From the NCBI GenBank assembly GCA_030141605.1, contig JAQGDQ010000719.1:44158-108157 (forward strand): DNA of 64,000 nt, written 5' to 3'. Below, piece after piece: positions 47,771 through 59,784 of the stretch (the stretch's first letter is position 1; each line of letters opens with the position of its first letter). The DNA comes from Tubiluchus corallicola. Taxonomy: Eukaryota; Animalia; Priapulida. The notes under the pieces were generated by a model. That model searched no databases. It was not told where the DNA came from and saw only the letters and a list, made by a program, of their open reading frames with translations. A program made the translations under genes and the position numbers.

Positions 47771-50700
47771 ATGTGTATGATATTAAACAAACAAAAATGC
47801 CAAAGGATACACTAATTTATTGAAGCTGTTACTTGTTAGACATTCTTCGTTGCTGTGTGACGAGGGCTTTTTCACAGCACCTATTAGATTGTCAGCCACG
47901 CGCAAACATCCGTATGGTACTTAATACCCTGTGGTATTCAATGGGGTACAGACTTTCGTGAACTTTGTTTTGTAGTAACCATTTTTATTACTACTGCATA
48001 TTGCATAGGTTACTACCATCTGTCTATTAATGACACGTGTGATTACTGTGTGACAAGCACTAAAACTGTGTACAAAGATCACAATCACCCGCAATCGAAA
48101 TTCTAGTTTAATCTACAGCCAAACGTAGAAAAGTGGTTTGCCATTGTGAGTGTTTATTGACACCCTAGACATTGTCGCGAAACTTTGCTACTGTAGTTAT
48201 AATGCAGTTATTTTTCTTACACTTTGGCACCCTGTAAACAGAAATTAGCACCAAAGGATGAACAACTCAACGAGTTGATGCTTCCTCATCAAGGTTATTC
48301 ACCTAAAATGAGCCACTGAATCGGCAGAGGTGTCTCAGCCATGCTCGTGTGTACCTACATCTTCACTCTACAACCTACGTTCATAACTGCGTTGAAATAT
48401 GGAATAAGGTCGTGTATGGAGGCCAGGCAATGTAATGTGTTATTTTGCACCTTGTTGCCACTACAGGCCATAAAACATTTATTTTGATAGTCGGACTGCC
48501 ATGAGATTAAAAATGGTTCACATATATTTAAAAAAATTGTAACACAGCTGTTACAAACTAACTCTAAAGTAATTAATGACAAGACGTCAGATTGTTATCA
48601 GCGGTAAATTTAATTCGTTTCCTGAATTTCCGCACATTGAGAGACGACTTCCTCGTACTCTTGGCCATTCATTCACTTGATGATTTGTAACTTGACTCAA
48701 TACGCCATGGAAACTAAACCAACTCTTGGTCAGTGAAGAATAAAAGCTTATAAACGATTACTGTGCAGTTAACAAAAGAGCTGGCTCGGTCATGTCACTA
48801 ATCTGATTAGTACTGTCAGATTTAAGTGCTCCACTCACCGCTAGGGGCGGGGCGTCATCAACCAAAGCATACTTACAAACGCAAAGTGCGTGGTCAGCTA
48901 AAAACTCGAAATTGGTCACGGATGGACCGAAGTCTTCAGTTTAACTTCGCTGAGTGGGATAAACTTGACCTCGCAAGACCTAAATTGGAATAAGTTTTCT
49001 TTTTTTCAAATTTAAATATTCTTTCTCGAGACTTTCTCAGCGTTTTTTATTCTTTTAGGTTTCTTCACTACCGGAGGACTTTCAATAAGTTTTAAAACTT
49101 GTAGGCGTATATTGTAACGGGAGTTACAAAATAGCAAAACGTATTGTAACATAGCACGTCAGTTAAAGATACAAAGATGAAACAACCAGAGGGATGCAAT
49201 AACAGCCTTATTGTTCCGTTCTCGCAATAAAGTGCCATTTTAAATGTCGAAATAAAATTAATCAATGGTCTTTTTAAACACAGAAAGCCTACAGAATTCC
49301 GTCACGAAGAATCTAAAACACGTTTCAACACCTGCTCCCAAGCTATATTCCGTACTTTGATTTCCCAAGATCCGGCGCAACTACACAACTACATGTATAA
49401 AATTGTATATTGTAATCTTTGTCCAAATATCCGCCAAAGTGCAACTTAATTAGCTGATGAAATAAGTAGTCAGTTATTAATTTAATAAGTAATTTAAGTT
49501 TTAATTGAGGGAAAGAAGTGTTGATACTCAACCTGGATTTGTACCAGGAAATTTTGAATTGCAAGCTCAAAATTCCATGACCACTAGGCTGCGTAGTACA
49601 TAGCCCTTGTGATCATGGCAGGTCTTAGTCCAACTTTAATAACTCACCTGCAGTTCATATATTTTCTGGAGTGTTTTTTCACATTCCTTTGCTCAAATTT
49701 GGTTTCAAAGTTTCAATAGTTTATAAATGCTATAAATATTATTACTACTTAATAATCTAGAAGTTAAAATTATAAATCATTAATTATTTGTGTTAGAAGC
49801 GACTATAAGGAAGTGAAACTTCATAGTTCCTGGATTGTTTTAAAATACGTATAAACTATAGTCAGTCGATGTTATCTTATTGTTCTTCTACATCTAAACT
49901 AAGGTAGATCTTGTAGATAAGCTAACACTTACACTATAGGTTGAGCTTAAATCAATCACAATGTATCGTTTATAAGTACAAAGAGTATGGGTGTTGAATT
50001 TACATGTAGCGAGTGTATAGGCACCTTGAAACGTCACTCGCAGGCTACTACAAGTTCCTACATAGTTCTTATTCACTCCCAATCAGATGGCACGTATCTA
50101 GTTTAACCTACAACCAATGTGAAAAGTCGAAAATAAGTCATTTTAAATACTCAGAGGTGTTGCTGTTCTGTTTCCTGCCTTCCGGCCGCTCGCCTGCTCT
50201 GTAATAGGTTTCACAGCATCACTACCAAAACTCTGGTTTTACGACAGCATGGAAACAGATGGTGAAAATGTTCATTGTAGCCTCATAATTTTTCCATTCG
50301 CATTCGCGGTGTGTTAAGACATATAAACAAACATACCAGGCGATTATCTTTCCCAATGATCTGACTTTGTTACCACGTTACGTGCACGTGTCTATGATTA
50401 TTGAAAAACTGGAAAAATGGCCTCCGACTGGCCGCCGCCGGAGGTTTAACTTCTAGTTCGTTTTTGTAGTTATTGTGGCTCCATCTATCGATTGGGGCAT
50501 TAGAAATATTTCTAGTCAAACTTAGATATTTGCTTACTCGACTTGGCATTTTCATAAGAAGTACATTACGATTTTAATGTTATGACAATCATTTTCAATT
50601 TCGCTAAAAATAGAAGTAAACGCATAAATTACTTGTCAAAAATAAACTTCAATACAGGATATCTATAGAGAATGTTCTTGAGAATGTGAGATAAATGAGT

Positions 50701-51813
50701 TTCAGCAACTGTTCAACAGAGAGAGCCACAGGTTTAGTTGCAGGGAAAGCTACACGCAAGATAAACTGTTTACAATATTCTCTCCATTGCTTTTACCGCA
50801 TGCCTGCTTTTCAAGCGACTGTCGGTAAAAAGTATCAAAAGTTAGAATTTACATCAAAAAGCAAGTGTTGCTTAGAATAGCAGGTGTTTTTACGTGGATC
50901 TCGTTGTGTTTAAGTAATTTTAATTTTGAAAATCTTGGTCGCTTTTAAAATATTTTTGTCTTTAGTAGAGTTTAGCCTTAGTCACATTAATCTACATTGT
51001 AGAGTTACCCGAAATCTCTACGTAGTAACAGTGTTTTTGGACAGTTCTGTACCTATTGGTTTGTTCGTGTAATTTTTGTAGCTTTAATGTAGATTAATCT
51101 GCTAATTTTTGTATTTTTTAGCAACTGAAATCTAAATCGGCTATGTTTTCTGCTAATTTCGACTTACGAAATAACCAAACAAAAAGTCTCTTATAGTCTA
51201 TCTGACGTTATAACTAATGGTTATAGTTTGACGACAAAGTGAGAGTGCAATAAACTTAGGTTTTTGTAAATGCTGAAGCTAGAAAAGGCATTTCGAAAAC
51301 AGAAATGCGTTACGCCTTTGTTGGCAAATAATGAAAACTTTTATGATTTCATCTGAACAATCTTCAACAGTAATCAGGCGTCTTGTATTTCAATGGCTGC
51401 TATAGGTTCTGTAACACAGTACAGCTTTGTACTGGGGCATGATTTAGCAACAAGTTTAAAACATTTCGGCTGTTATGGTGTTTGTACGCTTAAAATGCAC
51501 TAAATAGATAGGAAGTGCAGGTTTACATGATATCACTGCACTCTGTTGTATTTAATTTGTTTTAAGTTACGAAATTTGTGAATTTCTGTCATGACGTAAC
51601 TTTTTGTGATAACCATTTTTGTATGTTTAAGATTTTTCAATTTTGTCATATGATTCCGTAATTGTTTGTGTTTTAATTCGCTAGTTTTCATTTTTGAAAT
51701 TAAAGTGTAACTCTCCAAGCCCATTTCTTTAATAGCGGGCGTTTTATTGGACATTGAGCGATGTTTTTGAAAATCTTTTAAGCTTTGCCATTTTATGTGG
51801 CAAATAAGAAATT

Positions 51814-52145
<332 letters not shown>

Positions 52146-54281
52146 ATTTAGTTAGTACAAGCTATGCGATAATAAATTATTGTTGTTTCATTATTGCTTC
52201 ATTATACCAGCTGCATAAATATACTATCGGGAATTCGCTTAAATAAACAACGAAGGTTATTACGACTATTATGCATTCACAAATAGACACCTCCTTCCTA
52301 ATTATGACAAATCTTATGCATTCATTCAGTTAGTATAAATTTATCGATGATGTGTTTGGTCATCTGTGACGCAGACAAGTGTAATCTGTAGAAGCTATAA
52401 TTGCAGTTCTCACAGTAATAATATTTGCAGATAAACTTACACGAATGTTCACACCAAAGAGCTTTTTTATTTTATTAAAATTCTTTATGCATCTATGTAA
52501 AAATGCACAGTCATAATAAGTTATATAATCAGTTAAAGTTGTAACTATTGTGAGCGACAGTGTTGACGAAAAGCAATGGTGAATACATGCAAAATGCAAT
52601 TGGTGCATTAAAAATTAATAAGTTTGCTATAATATAATCAGTAATAGAAATTAATGTAATGTAATCCATAAAAAATCCTATGTTGAAACAAGATCATTTT
52701 ATTATATTCGGTGTAGCAGAAGCAAATTGCAAACACTGAATTTCAATCTCACTGTGGGTTGTATATGTAGCCATAGGGTAAAAATGCACAGATGCCAATC
52801 TTCGCATGATAGAAAAAGTTGAAAATAGTTGGTTATATACAGGTATTGGAATAACTGAACTGAATAAACTAACTCGAAATTGACACAGTCTAGTCACTGT
52901 AAATTACCTCTTACAGTTAACTGCACCGATGCAGTTAACAGGTATTTGCAATTGTTTACTATTGTTTCAAAAGTCACTTTTGCTTTTGTAAAGTATGTTT
53001 TGCATTAATGTTAAGTTTAAAAAACATGATAGAAGCATAACGAATGCAACCCAGCTATTCGGACAAAAAATTCAATTCAATTTAATAAGTTCAATAGATT
53101 ATTTCGCAATAAACATATACATATGCATAACAAGTGCATCGATAATCAGTTTTTGTTAATACAAAATTATGATACAATTCATGAATTCTGCGCTAGAGCC
53201 TAAGAAGCTAGCTTATGCTAGGCCACTAGAATTAGTTACAATATATTACTAATGGTTTGTGTGAGTTACAGTGGGCGTTAGTAGTATTAAATCTTCATAA
53301 TTACGATGTAAACTGATGATCGGTGCAGAGAAATGATAAAAGCTTTAACACATTCGCTAAGCATTTGTGGAGGAGGCAACACTTGTTTAGACTATATGGA
53401 GGTGTGCATTGCAGATATATATAAGGGTGGGAAGTAATAACTATATTATTATCCTAGAGGAGAAGTATTTGAAAATGAAAAACAACAACAAATCATGATT
53501 GAGTGATCAAATAAATGTTTCAAGTAAGTGTAATTTTTATACTTTTTTGAATATGGACAGCGAGTTGGTATTTTTTATAGCTGGAGCAATTGAATTCCAT
53601 ATGTAAGGGCCATTGTATTTAATAGAAAATTTTCTAACATTTGTGTTGCACTGTATGTAGTGATAGCTAAGTCTATATCGTGTATTGTAATTATGTACTT
53701 CAGCATTCAAACAAAAAATAATCGGTAAATAAGGGTGGCAATAATTTATGAGAGAATTTGTACATAAAAATGGCAGTTTAGAACTTATTAATGTCATAAA
53801 TGTTTAGAAAGTTTAGTCTTTTCAATATTGGTGGCGTGTGGTCCTGATAAGCTCCCACTATTTTCTTCTGAATCAGGTGAATTTTTTTCAATCTACTGGT
53901 GCATGTGCTCCCCAAAACAATGTTTGAATTATTAAGATATGGTAAAAAAATAGAATTTATATAATAATACAAGTACTGATTTAGGCAATATGCGTCTAAC
54001 TCTGTATATAACATGTTCTTGCTAAGTTATGAAGTTATGTGTTCATCTATGATGATGCTTAAGAACAGTATGTTTTACTTTATTTACTGGGACTTCATCG
54101 ATTTTTGCTGTAAGATTACTAAGGACTCTTTTATTTTTATTTGTGAATATAATAATTTTAGTTTTTTCAATATTCAGTGACAATATATTAGCTTTAAACC
54201 AGGTGGAGACGTGTACAAGTTCTTGATTTACAGTATTTATCATTGATTCATAGTTTGAGTGACTATAGACTATGTTCGTAG

Positions 54282-54506
54282 TGTACTGCAGGGCTGTGAT
54301 GGGATGAAATGTAATGCTGACAAGGATCTACAGCAGACCTACCTTTTTTAAAGCTCAGGTGTGCACGTGACTAGTGGCTCCTACTAACACAAGGTCAGAA
54401 TAGGAGTCTATGTGCTAGATAAAGCCACGTTCACGCGCACACCTGAGAAGTCTACTGTATTCACCTGCCAGCATTACACTTCATCCCATCACAGCCCTGC
54501 AATACA
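54282..54506 (-). mobile_element. Gypsy 3' LTR, 225 bp, TG...CA, near-complete palindrome
   Basis: Minus strand: polypurine tract GGAGGAAGGGGG (54522-54511) + ACAG, then TGTATTGCAGGGC...GCCCTGCAGTACA. Confidence 0.7.
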
Positions 54507-56352
54507 CTGTCCCCCTTCCTCCAGACAAAGAAGTCCCTTCTTTGAAGATCTAGTCTTCCGTCGGGAGGGAGAAGAACAGCTACCCACACAGACCAGAAGC
54601 AAGTTCGAGCACTGCTAATCGGCAATACAAAAAGTTTTTTTCCTTCCATTAATCAAATAGAATCACAGAAATATTTTGTAAAGACTGGCAATTCTACAAA
54701 ACAACATGAGCTAGTGCATAACGCCTACTGAATTACAAATTAAAAGATGAATACAATGTCAGTTTTCTTGTATGAATAAGTTAAAGTTAAACATTGCATT
54801 TCTAGTAACAACAATTTTTATATAACGGCGAGTCGACTTAGAAAACTTCCAACTAAATATGCCTAAGTATGTCTACGTAAGAATGCAAAAATAAACGAAA
54901 TCAATGTAATCAGATATCATCCGCTATCCGTAAATAAACGTAACGTAGCGTAAATAATCCGCACGATCTGCAATTCTTAATGATTCACCAGTAACAATCA
55001 TCATGTCTCAACAAGCAAATGCAAGTAAGGTGTGAAGTGTGGACTAGCCTTTAGCCAACCAACAGCGCATCCGATACCACGGGTGTAACACCTGGGTTGG
55101 TAGAGCTTGCTTGAAAAAGATGAACGCTAGTACTCATGTCAAGCATACAGTTAGTTCAAGTGAATTTTCACTGCAGACCCTGCATAGGATTTATTGAGCT
55201 TAAGTATTGGCTCATATGGCGAAAAACGTCGATTCTCCATAAATTTCCAAAATAGCTGTGCTGTACAACAGAAAAAAAGGTAGTAAATCTGCTTACACCA
55301 ACTATGTTCATAGCGGGAAACAAAAACAAAAAGTTGCAAAAGACTTATATGCCACTTTATCTTTAAATAAATCAACATCTTTGAAGCAGCAACAATGCTG
55401 ACAACTTAACTTGTAAAAGAATTTTAACACCTTACCGTGTCCGATTAACTTACGCAACCAAGGGTTGGTCAGTGGTCAAAGTCGCTCTGTTCACATGGTA
55501 GCCAACGGACAAGGCTTTGTCGCGAAGCTAGAAATAGGACCTCGAAGGACGAAAGCAACAACAATAAAAGTCAATTATCGAAAAACTTATTCAAACTAGT
55601 CATCAACTGAAATCGGTTGCCTTAAAACAACGAAATTAAGAATTTCGATCACGACTATCTACTCGTACATCTTAGATGAAACAGTCCAAACAAACAGTAA
55701 TTGTTAGCAAAAGTAAAATGTTTGTTCTGCCATTTATCTCTCGAGATTAATGCTAGAACAAATGACAATTTGCAATAATCATTTACAGAACAATTATCTT
55801 TTTTTTTAAATCCCATTCAAGAAAAAAGAATTCAAAATTTAATTAAAGAAGACACAGTTGATTTCCAATACCACCACTTAAAAAAACATAGAAGAAAAAC
55901 TAATATATTCGCCTCTCATCCTCTCCTTAAAGAAGAGCGAAAATTCCATTTTTCACAAAGTACGACAACAATAATGATGACATGAGATAATCAATATACA
56001 GCCAAGGGAATAATGTTCAATTCTTGGTTCCTCAGCTGCAAAAAAACAAAATTTTTACATTTTGAAATATGCTTATTAGGTAAATTTTATAATTCGAGTT
56101 AAACAAGCATCTAGTCACGTATTTTCGTATTTTCATGTGTAAGTAGGCGCAACTCCATTCTTAAGTGCTAATTTGGATGTGTCACATAGAATAGTTGCTG
56201 GAATTACGAAAATGTTTCGCGTAAGTAATTCTATGAGTGCATCTAAACTCGAGCATTTTCCTGCTTGTAAAGTGAGGGTTAAGATGAGAGAACTCTTCTA
56301 GCATCTCATTTCTCGAGTCTCGGAATTGCGTATTCGATGTGCAGTAGGGTCT

Positions 56353-58273
56353 TCATAAAGGAAGTTTCCATAGTGGGTTGTAGGTTGTCTTGGCCTGTGG
56401 GGGGTAAGGTCGGGGAGGACTGGACGGCAACTGGACGTCAACGGCTGCATTGGCTTCCAAAAAGGTTAGTGGTGTGCTAGAATGGGTCTCGCTTGATACG
56501 AGAACAGGATTATTAGAAGTTGGAGAGAGAACAGGCTCCGGTAACGTAGGTTGTGATGATACATTATGATCGGATTGAAACGATTTGGGTTGTCTATCAA
56601 CAGCTTTTCTATTGTTTATCTCACGACTACACTCAACATTGCTCCTAGAATGGTTCACCTGGCTAGACTGCTCGCCTGAAAGAGGCGTGCGTACACTATC
56701 GCCGGCCTTTTCAGAGGAGTCCTCAGCAATTGCTGAACTGGAGCTACCAGGAAGCCATTCGCTAATAAGTTGTCGAGTTGATTCGTCGGGAATAAATTCA
56801 GCAGAGTCGGCTGTGTCAAGTAAATTAAGAGTGGTTGAGCCGGGAAAATCAACTCTTTTGGGTGTGGATGTTCGTGGTTTTGTTATAGGCGGAGAGAAGA
56901 TGGGCAATGAAAGCCGTACATCACCGTTGGATGAATTGTCATGGGAAAGGGAAAGTGGATTACGAATGGGAATTAAGGCTGGCATTGAGGAATTAAGTAG
57001 TTCTGGAATTTGTGCTGGAAAACTCGATGCATTTTCATTGTGCTCATCATTATAATCAGCTATTCTGCACGGTGAGTATGAAGGTGGCGGCAATCCGAAG
57101 GAATCGAGAGATAGAGAACGATCAACTGCAGTCATCTGTGGCTCGAGTTCAATGTTTTGTTCAGTTTTAGATTTATCGATACCCGATGGATCGGCATTGG
57201 ATTTATCGGCACTAACTTCGGGATCAAGGCTATAAGTTACTGTAGCTTGGCTGTCAGATAATTCATTGAGTGGAGGCGTTTCACCAGGTGTCCAGGAAAA
57301 TCCAGTGGCTGGCGTATAACGCCACAGACGATCTGCATGAACAATTTTGCATCTTGGTCTTGGTCCCGGCAAACGTATACCATAGACAACATCTGAGAGG
57401 CGTGTTATGATTTCATAAGGTCCCTGCCAATCAGACTGAAGCTTTGGACTGCGACCGATTTTACGCTGAGGGTTAAAAAACCAAACGTTTTCCCCAACAG
57501 AAAATTGAACATAACGAGAACGGACATTATAGCGTCTACGCATTGTCTCATGAGAAATGCGAAGGTTTTCTCTGATGAAATGATGAACGTCATGTAGACG
57601 ATTCTCAAGATTTTTAGCATACTGTACGACAGTACTTGAATCAATGTTTGAAGGTGGGCGTCCTGTTAGTAGATCAAGAGGCAGCCTTAGTTCTCTACCA
57701 AACATGGCTTGAGCAGGGGTGAATCCAGTTGAGTCATGTAAATCATGCAAAAAAAATCGTTTACCAATACTGCAGCTATAGTCTCGGCTTCTTGGTTCGG
57801 TAAGGGATAGCATTCCGGCCATTTTGTGAAATAATCCATTGCAACTAATATGTATTTGTTGTTAGAATTAGACAACGGAAAAGGACCTGCAACGTCAATG
57901 GCGATTCGTTCCATAGGGGCGCCCACATGGTATAGTTGTAAAGGTGCACGAGGTTTTCGCTGCGGTCCCTTTTTCTTGCAACAAATTTCGCAAGTTCGCG
58001 TCCATATTTCAACATCTTGCCGCATTCCCGGCCAAAAGAACGCTGCCGCAGTAAATCAAGAGTTTTGTTTTGTCCAAAATGACCTGCAGTTGGAGATGAA
58101 TGCATTTCCGTTAAAACTTTTTCGCGAAAAGCGCGAGGGACTAACCATTGCCAGCGAGTAAGACCATCAGGGCTTTCCCATTTCCGCTGCAAAATGCCAT
58201 CTTTTAAGCGCAGTGTGTCCCAATGCGCTAAAACTGCTTTAGTGGTCGTGTCTTTCATTGCAGCTCTGTTCAC
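56353..58273 (-). pseudogene. Gypsy integrase remnant (HHCC zinc finger, partial DDE core, GPY/F domain, long S/P-rich tail)
   Basis: EMHSSPTAGHFG...CEICC; MERIAIDVAGPFP..NKYILVAMDYFTKWPE; HDSTGFTPAQAMFGRELRLPLD; WQGPYEI..VHADRL; frameshifts, and loss of the second D and the E of the core near 57750. Confidence 0.92.
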
Positions 58274-58654
58274 ATTTCACAGGCTTTGCCGTAAACTCCG
58301 TTCTTTTAGGTAAGCTATTTGTAATATTTAGTAATAAATTGTCATTTCGACTCTATTATTCGGGTTCTGTTTTGGTTTGGCGTTGAACGACTTAATTAAG
58401 ACATGCCGCAAGGTGTGGGCCGCGGTGCCATCCGTCCTGCATCTGTTAAAAGCGGACAGCAGTCCAGTATCATCGGTAAATAAAATGGTCTAGCAGAGTG
58501 GAGATATTATGGAGATCATTAATATAGAGACGAAAAAGCAATGGACCTAAGATTGAACCTTGCGGGACACCATATGTATATAAATAAACATATAAAGTAG
58601 AGGTTCAGCAATACAGTTGATGGATTTTTTAAAGATAATTTGTGATATATCATC

Positions 58655-59784
58655 TGTCAAGGCCATGCGATGCATGACCGCTAGCTAACTGGCCGATATA
58701 CAGGGCCATTCATCACTATAACATTTTGAACAGTACAGAAGCCATTGGATACTATGCATTATATACAAGGTCATTCTATCTAGGCGAACGTTTACCCATC
58801 CAGGTACCGAATTTTCTGTTGAGCGGATGTCTATCCAGGCCGTTTTTACCTGGTCGACATAGTTGGTACCTTTCTTCTATTCGTCATATATTTGAGACAC
58901 GTTTTGTCTATGAGTTTTATTTTGGCCTTAATGGCAAAATTTAGTTGATGTGCTGTGAGAGACAATAGTTAAATGCACAATGTTGTATCGACAACCTTTA
59001 CGTAACACCAGCACGACTCAGGAGTGAAGTAATTGTCTTGTCATACTTCTTCACTTAGAGGACCTCTTGGACAACCCACCCTGCGAGGGATTCTAAAACT
59101 TTCGGGGCATTGGTGGAGTGTTCATATAGTGGTGGAGTCCGCAGCATTCTGGTTACGCTATCCGGCGGTAGAGGAGACGCAGAGATACGACTACGATTCC
59201 AGATTAAACTACTTGTGGCGTGTCAGAACTCATGGATCGGCTACATGGTGGAGCATCCTCCTTATTCCAGTAGAGGATCGTGGATTTGGGACTATGAACC
59301 GTCCTTGGTGCATTCTGGAAGAGCCGGCCATCAGGAACTACATATAAAGATGAGTATACTCCTTGCTACTTGTTAAATCTGGGCCCAGTAAGTATTATTT
59401 TCTCCTGTATGTACAATTGTTCTTTGCTTTGTTCTTGTTCAATAATATACTGTATGATTTGCACAGCATTCAGGTGTTTAATAGTTCTATTTCAAAGTTT
59501 GTGAAAACATTTTACGATTAACAACTCAATGATTACATTCAGTAAAATAATCGAGTCCTATAGGAGAATTGCCCCAACATGAACCCAAACGCTTGGTGAT
59601 GAAATTAGTAGAAATGATTACCCTGACATGTTAGTAAATTACGAGCTCTGTCTGTTTAGTGTTTCCTGTTTAGTCGTTCACACTCACGGAGAACATGTGA
59701 CCCGAGCTTTAGATTTGAGACTTTGATGCTAAATTACCCTAGACCAGTTATAATATATTAGTTTTATTTCCACAAACCGTCACA
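58655..59784. mobile_element. Solo LTR, 1130 bp, with 5-bp TSD
   Basis: TCATC|TGTCAAGG ... CCGTCACA|TCATC (TSD at 58650-58654 and 59785-59789); removing it restores LINE codons GYDDISQ. Confidence 0.85.

Larger units (their letters stand above)
54282..58466 (-). mobile_element. Internally deleted Gypsy/Ty3 LTR retrotransposon inserted in the LINE RT active-site motif
   Basis: Flanked by a near-duplicate 4-mer (gtag 54278-54281 / gtat 58467-58470); contains an integrase remnant, a PPT and one LTR. Whether the AT-rich 54650-56150 segment is native to the element is unverified. Confidence 0.7.

Noticed and set aside
54282-58466. Ginger-type integrase-only DNA transposon
   Set aside because: The terminal match is only ~8 bp, a PPT precedes the terminal repeat, and the sequence upstream of HHCC is a typical Gypsy pol linker
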